This document shows, one piece after another, positions 58,875 through 64,000 of a stretch of 64,000 nt of DNA (position 1 is its first letter; each line of letters opens with the position of its first letter). The DNA is from an uncultured bacterium. Its GTDB lineage: Bacteria; Oederibacteriota; PGYV01; CAWJRG01. A model generated the notes under the pieces. The model had not been told where the DNA came from, searched no databases, and saw only the letters and a program-made list of their open reading frames with translations. A program made the position numbers and the translations under genes. The stretch covers positions 576,001 to 640,000 of the forward strand of contig CAWJRG010000010.1 of the NCBI GenBank assembly GCA_963845185.1, in the 5' to 3' direction.

Positions 58875-61439
58875 TCATTTCCCATCCCAGACGTATGTTC
58901 CGCCCTTTTCCAGCTTCAATTCACGCTCGTTTTTACCGTAACGCAATTTTATCGTATCGCCTTCCAAAGACCGGACCTTTGCCGAGACAAGTTTTCCATC
59001 TTGCCATGATATGTCCACTTCAAAGCCGCCCCGTGCGCGCAGTCCCTTCACACTCCCATTGGGCCATGCTTTCGGCAGTGCGGGAAGCAGGTTGATGATC
59101 CGGATGACGTTGGCCGAATCTCCGGTTTCCATCTCGTGGCTTTGCAGCAGCATCTCTGTTATGCCTGAAACCGCGCCGAAATTGCCGTCAATCTGGAAAG
59201 GCGGATGCGCGTCAAGGAGATTCGGGTAAGTACCGCCTCCTGTGTCGAATGAGCTGCCATGGCTGCCCGGCGCGCTCAGCAGGTTCGTCAGCATAACATA
59301 AGCGTGGTCGCCTTCGAGCAGCCTTGCCCATAAATTCATTTTCCACGCGAGGCTCCAGCCTGTGCCAGCATCGCCGCGCGCACGCAGCGTGACCTTCGCT
59401 GCGTTAAATAAATCCGGAGTACCGCTTTTGGTAACCTGGCTGCTGGGGAACAGCGCGTAGAGCTGCGAAACATGGCGGTTGGTATCGTTCCAGCTGTCAA
59501 CATCCTCCAGCCATTCCTGGAATTGGCCCCATTTACCGGTCTGGAACGGAGGCAGTTTCGCGCGCAATGCCAGGATTTTCCTTTGGAACTTTTCATCTTT
59601 GGAAAGTATCCTGGCCGCCTCAGCAGTCTGAGCGAAAAGGTCGCGCAGGATGCCGTTATCCACCGCGGGCCCGGCGCATAAGCCGCCGTTCTCCGGGGAA
59701 TACGACGGGCATGTCACAAACCAGCCCTTATCAATATGCCTTGGATCCTGTACCAAAAAATCAATAAAAAATTCACATGAGCCTTTCATCAACGGATAAG
59801 CCCGTTTTAAAAACACCTTATCTCCGGTGAAAAGGTAGTGCTCCCAGAGGTGTGTACAAAGCCAGGCTCCGGCCAGCGGCCATTGGCTCATAGGAGGAAA
59901 ATCCACAGGCGCGGTGCCGCGCCAGAGGTCGGTATTATGATGTACCACCCAGCCGCCCGCGCCATACATTTTTTTTGCGGTTACTGCGCCGGCACTGGAC
60001 AGGTCTGCGATCATCGCAAACAGCGGTTCGGCGCATTCAGAGAGGTTGGCGCTCTCGGCTGGCCAGTAATTCATCTCCGTGTTGATATTGACGGTATATT
60101 TGCTTCCCCATGCCGGTGACATCGGCGATCCATAGTAGTCCCGTCCGCTCATATCGAGTTCTCCGGTTTGGAAATTCGCCCCGTTCCATATACCCTGCAG
60201 GTTCGCCGGCTGGCCGCCCGGGCGGCTGCATGCGATAAGCAGGTAGCGTCCAAACTGAAAGTAAAGCGCTGCCAGGCCGGGATCTCCGCCTTTTGCAAAA
60301 CCGGATATGCGTTCGTCGGTCGGTTTGCCGGCGCTATCGGTACTGCCGAGATCAATCGATACGCGCCCGAACAGGGCCTGGTAGTCGGCGAGATGTTTTT
60401 CTTTGAGTTTAATATACGTTTTTTTCAGCGCTGAGCCCAGTATCGCCCCGGTTTTTTTCTTCGCGTCGCCTGAAACATCATGGTAGTTTTTGAAATTCGT
60501 TGCGCCTGAAATGATAAGCGTCGCCGAATCCGCCCCCTTGATAATAATCCCGCCATCCGTAACAGTGAACGTCCCTCCCTCATGCATTGTCGCCAGCCGC
60601 GCATATGCCGTAATGGCGGCCGGCACATCCACATCAGGAATGTTGGCGCAGGCAGACTTCGGCATCTGGTCCGGAAGCCACCATTCCTTGGTGGTCCGCT
60701 TGTAATCTTTTCCCATTCCTTTCATCATAAGCGTGTTTCCGTCAGCGCTTTGCCTGAATCCCGGCAGGGGCGAGGCAAACGACGCGTTGAAACTCACGCA
60801 GCCGGGTTTGTCCGCCGAGATGTGTACTACGATTATTCGATCCGGGTAACTGGCGAAAACTTCGCGGGTATAGATGACATTTTCAACTTTATATGTAGTC
60901 ACGGCCATGGCTGTATCCAGATCAAGCCAGCGCTTATAGTCCGTAACTGCGGCAACAGGATCCGGGAATGTCAGCAGCAGGTCTCCTAAAGGAAGATAGG
61001 ATGTTTCCTTCATCGGCTGGCCCATGGCGTTCTGGTAAAGAAGCCCGCAGGCTTCCGACAATGCCGCAGGTGTGCCTTCAAAAACCAGTTTCCTGGCCTT
61101 GTTGACAGCGTTAAACGCCGTGTCCCGCGCCGGTGTATATGGCCCGCCGGACCACACAGTACCTTCATTAAGCTGGATATTTTCCGTATCAATGCCGCCA
61201 AAAACCATGGCGCCCATATACCCGTTGCCGATTGGCAGCGCCTCATACCAGTTCTTTGCGGGCTGCCTATACCATAGGATATAGCGGCCCTCGGGCCCTT
61301 TATCCGAGCCGTAAATCATTTCAGCGGATTTTGAATCCACAGCCGGAGCGCAGGCTGCGGAGGTTGCCAGGACAAGCCATGTTACTGTAAAAAGGAATAA
61401 AATCATTGCCCTTCCGTTTCCTGTCATATAATATGACAT
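58875..61439 (-). CDS. GH95 alpha-L-fucosidase/galactosidase
   Basis: [51 protein letters not shown]; start uncertain. Confidence 0.92.
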   Translation of the reverse strand: MSYYMTGNGRAMILFLFTVTWLVLATSAACAPAVDSKSAEMIYGSDKGPEGRYILWYRQPAKNWYEALPIGNGYMGAMVFGGIDTENIQLNEGTVWSGGPYTPARDTAFNAVNKARKLVFEGTPAALSEACGLLYQNAMGQPMKETSYLPLGDLLLTFPDPVAAVTDYKRWLDLDTAMAVTTYKVENVIYTREVFASYPDRIIVVHISADKPGCVSFNASFASPLPGFRQSADGNTLMMKGMGKDYKRTTKEWWLPDQMPKSACANIPDVDVPAAITAYARLATMHEGGTFTVTDGGIIIKGADSATLIISGATNFKNYHDVSGDAKKKTGAILGSALKKTYIKLKEKHLADYQALFGRVSIDLGSTDSAGKPTDERISGFAKGGDPGLAALYFQFGRYLLIACSRPGGQPANLQGIWNGANFQTGELDMSGRDYYGSPMSPAWGSKYTVNINTEMNYWPAESANLSECAEPLFAMIADLSSAGAVTAKKMYGAGGWVVHHNTDLWRGTAPVDFPPMSQWPLAGAWLCTHLWEHYLFTGDKVFLKRAYPLMKGSCEFFIDFLVQDPRHIDKGWFVTCPSYSPENGGLCAGPAVDNGILRDLFAQTAEAARILSKDEKFQRKILALRAKLPPFQTGKWGQFQEWLEDVDSWNDTNRHVSQLYALFPSSQVTKSGTPDLFNAAKVTLRARGDAGTGWSLAWKMNLWARLLEGDHAYVMLTNLLSAPGSHGSSFDTGGGTYPNLLDAHPPFQIDGNFGAVSGITEMLLQSHEMETGDSANVIRIINLLPALPKAWPNGSVKGLRARGGFEVDISWQDGKLVSAKVRSLEGDTIKLRYGKNERELKLEKGGTYVWDGK

Positions 61440-61719
61440 CTTATTTTATCCATTATGTTTCTCCACCAGGGTTATATTTCCGGAATTTTTATGCCCTCCG
61501 CTATATTTTATGAATGAAACACCCCACTGTCAATATAAATCAATAAGGCAGAACATTTGTGAATCCAGAATACCAGGATAATTTATAGATTATTATGGAT
61601 AATACCTCTTTTCTTTAACTTAAACAAAAAATATGAGGTGTTTGGATATGTTTCCCAAAAGAAAATATCAAGTTAAATCCCCGCTTGATTTGTTGATGGA
61701 TACTCCCCGCTGATATTGA

Positions 61720-62463
61720 TCATATACCAGCCCGCTCAAACAAACATACGGCAAATAAAACTGTTATTTCCGTCAATTCATTTATCGCGCCGATTGTATC
61801 CCCTGTTATGCCGTTTATTTTTTTATTAATATACCGGCTTATTGTATATGAAACCAGGGCAGCCAATACAAAAGCAATCATGCCTTTTAACCGCCATAAA
61901 GCAACAGCGGCCGACAGGGCAATTATTGACGGGAGAATAAATATTGGTAAATTTAATTTTTCCATGAAGTGTTTTGCCTTGCCCTGTTTTCGTGCGTAAG
62001 GAAACAAAAACATTACAAATACCATGGCCCACCTGCCAAGCAAGCACATTAAAACTATGGCTATAGGTTTTGCAGGCGCGGTGACGGCGTTAAGCAGTGA
62101 GATTTTTAAAATAACCGCGCTTATTATGGCGAGCACTCCCATTGAACCGGTATGCGGGTCGCGCATTATCCTTAATTTATCCTTTATGTTCTTCCCGCCG
62201 TATAATCCGTCAAAAGTATCGGACAGCCCATCCAGATGAAGTCCCCCCGTCAAAACCGTCAGTAAAATAATTGTCATTGTGCTTGCAAGCAGAGCGTCAA
62301 AACCCGCCCGTATCATAAGCATATTTAGCCCTGCAGTCAGGAACCCCAGCAGCAGCCCGACAACCGGGAAAAAAATCACCGCCCCGGCAAATTTTTTTAC
62401 GGAATATTTAACGTTAACCGGGATTATACCGAGAAACTGGACGGCGAGCAGGAATTCAGTCAT
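61720..62463 (-). CDS. cobS: Adenosylcobinamide-GDP ribazoletransferase
   Basis: TGGLHLDGLSDT.DG, IMRD...G..G, G.TGD..GA. Confidence 0.95.
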   Translation of the reverse strand: MTEFLLAVQFLGIIPVNVKYSVKKFAGAVIFFPVVGLLLGFLTAGLNMLMIRAGFDALLASTMTIILLTVLTGGLHLDGLSDTFDGLYGGKNIKDKLRIMRDPHTGSMGVLAIISAVILKISLLNAVTAPAKPIAIVLMCLLGRWAMVFVMFLFPYARKQGKAKHFMEKLNLPIFILPSIIALSAAVALWRLKGMIAFVLAALVSYTISRYINKKINGITGDTIGAINELTEITVLFAVCLFERAGI

Positions 62464-63514
62464 TTTTTTTCGAAACTGCCGCTTCTTCAAAAGTAGCCAT
62501 CTGTGCCAGCACTTTTACCGACGCATCGGCTATACTTATTCCAAGCGCAGCGCCCGTGCCTTCGCCGAGCCTCATGTTAAAATCAAACAAAGGCACAAGC
62601 CCCATATGTTTAAGCATTGCCCTGTGCCCTTTTTCAACTGAACAGTGGCCGGCTATCATGAAATCCTTTGCCTTCGGCTCTATATGATAAGCCAGCATAG
62701 CCGCGGCACCTGAAATAAAACCGTCTATGACAACAGGCACCCTGTGAGCCGCTGCCGCAAGTATCACGCCTGTCAGGCCGCCTATTTCAAAACCCCCTAC
62801 TTTTGCGAGCACGTCTATTGCGTCCATTTTATCCGGATTGTTTATTTTCAGCGCCTTCTCTATCACCTTGACCTTGTTCTCGAATCCTTTCTCATCAATG
62901 CCTGTCCCGTGCCCGGTCAGATCCCTGACTTTCTCTTCCGTATACACGGCAGCTATGGCGCTGGAAGGAGTGGTGTTGCCGATGCCCATTTCGCCGGTCC
63001 CGGCGATATCGATGCCTTTCCTGTATTCGTCCTCGAATATTTCCATGCCAGCTTCTATTGATTTTACCGCCTCGTTCCTCGTCATTGCCGGGCCCTTTGC
63101 CATATTCTTTGTACCGTAACCCACTTTATTTATAATAAGCCCGGGATTTGGGGTTAAATCAACTGCTACGCCAAGGTCGGCCACAATCACTTTTGCGCCA
63201 ACATGCCTGGCCAGCACGTTAATCCCTGCTCCTCCGTGAAGGAAATTGTAGACCATCTGCGGGGTTACTTCTTTTGAGAAGGCGCTGACGCCTTCATCCG
63301 TAACCCCGTGGTCGCCGGCAAAGGCAAATATTACTTTTTTCTCAATCAACGGCTTTTCTTTGCCTGTGATTCCTGCTATCTGCTTTGCTAGTTCTTCCAG
63401 TCTGCCGAGGCTTCCCTGTGGCTTTGTGAGGTTATCAAGTCTTTTTTGCGTTTTTTCCATAATTTCGTCGTTAAGGCTGCTGATTTTTTCTACTGTTGTT
63501 TTCAGTTTTTCCAT
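62456..63514 (-). CDS. cobT: Nicotinate-nucleotide-dimethylbenzimidazole phosphoribosyltransferase
   Basis: TKP.GSLG.LE, DHGV, GEMGIGNTT, RLGEGTGA. Confidence 0.96.
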   Translation of the reverse strand: MEKLKTTVEKISSLNDEIMEKTQKRLDNLTKPQGSLGRLEELAKQIAGITGKEKPLIEKKVIFAFAGDHGVTDEGVSAFSKEVTPQMVYNFLHGGAGINVLARHVGAKVIVADLGVAVDLTPNPGLIINKVGYGTKNMAKGPAMTRNEAVKSIEAGMEIFEDEYRKGIDIAGTGEMGIGNTTPSSAIAAVYTEEKVRDLTGHGTGIDEKGFENKVKVIEKALKINNPDKMDAIDVLAKVGGFEIGGLTGVILAAAAHRVPVVIDGFISGAAAMLAYHIEPKAKDFMIAGHCSVEKGHRAMLKHMGLVPLFDFNMRLGEGTGAALGISIADASVKVLAQMATFEEAAVSKKND

Positions 63515-63515
63515 A

Positions 63516-64000
63516 CTATTTTAACCTCCACGGGATTCCGGACACCATGAAAAATACCCGGTTTGAATTCTTTGCGACCATCTGGTTGACCCTGCCTGCA
63601 ATGTCCCTGAAATCTCTCGCCATCTTATTTTCCGGCACTATCCCAAGCCCGGCTTCATTCGATACAATGACGGTTTTTGACTTCGTTTTTTTTAAAGCTT
63701 TAAGCAAAACGTCTATTTCATGCGCTATATATTCCATCCTGCGCCGAGCCACCATATAGTTTGATACAAGCAGTGTCAGGCAGTCGATGATGATTACATC
63801 ATATTTGCTCCTGAAATTTTCGAGCAAGCCTGCTATATCCTCAGTCCGCACAAAAGTGTCCCATGCCGCCGGTCTTGATTTCCTGTGCATGTTGACCCGT
63901 TCTTTCATTTCGTCGTCGCGCGGTTCGCAGGTCGCGATAAACGCAACCTTTTTCTTTTTGTGATTTTCAGCCAGTTTGACGGCATAGGAACTCTTCCCGC
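63516..64000 (-). CDS. cobU: Adenosylcobinamide kinase/guanylyltransferase (5' end outside window)
   Basis: GKSSYA P-loop at the window edge, DCLTL, VSNE.G.G.VP, FRD..G..NQ. Confidence 0.93.
   Translation of the reverse strand, partial: GKSSYAVKLAENHKKKKVAFIATCEPRDDEMKERVNMHRKSRPAAWDTFVRTEDIAGLLENFRSKYDVIIIDCLTLLVSNYMVARRRMEYIAHEIDVLLKALKKTKSKTVIVSNEAGLGIVPENKMARDFRDIAGRVNQMVAKNSNRVFFMVSGIPWRLK

Noticed and set aside
45393..61439. Integron cassette array (many unrelated co-oriented genes)
   Set aside because: No integrase and no recurring attC (RYYYAAC...GTTRRRY) structures; several genes have their own promoters.
1..64000. CRISPR arrays, tRNA, rRNA, prophage genes
   Set aside because: None recognised on manual reading; a tRNAscan/Rfam/CRISPR scan would be needed to be certain.

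Overview
Bacterial chromosomal window, AT-rich overall and mostly minus-strand. The outer-membrane proteins plus the FprA/desulfoferrodoxin/hemerythrin oxygen-defence genes suggest a diderm anaerobe or microaerophile (inference; taxonomy cannot be fixed from this window). Contents, left to right: an Rrf2-fprA-dfx operon whose fprA is interrupted by an IS1380-family element (IRs and a 5-bp TSD visible, transposase frameshifted); signalling genes (PilZ, receivers, PAS/GAF kinase, AraC-type regulator); copZ-copA; AhpD-like, hemerythrin and radical SAM genes; dgt; three tandem paralogues of an unrecognised family (shared short N-terminal helix, variable-length charged helical repeats, shared ~150-aa C-terminal domain); pcrA; an HD-GYP gene; an Rrf2-iscS-nadA-iscU-mnmA operon; yicC-gmk-rpoZ-coaBC (coaBC split at an A10 run) followed by an S8/CTD protease, a PorV-like barrel and a GT4; ugd; an accessory region of about 20 kb (frameshifted TonB receptor, phosphatases, GH43/GH62/GH95, Lnu-like transferase, many palindromic repeats, a duplicated structured 5'-leader motif); and cobU-cobT-cobS. 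No rRNA, tRNA or CRISPR array was seen. Best novelty candidates: the three-paralogue coiled-coil cluster, the duplicated leader RNA motif and the coaBC slippage site. All product calls come from motif recognition by eye, not database searches.
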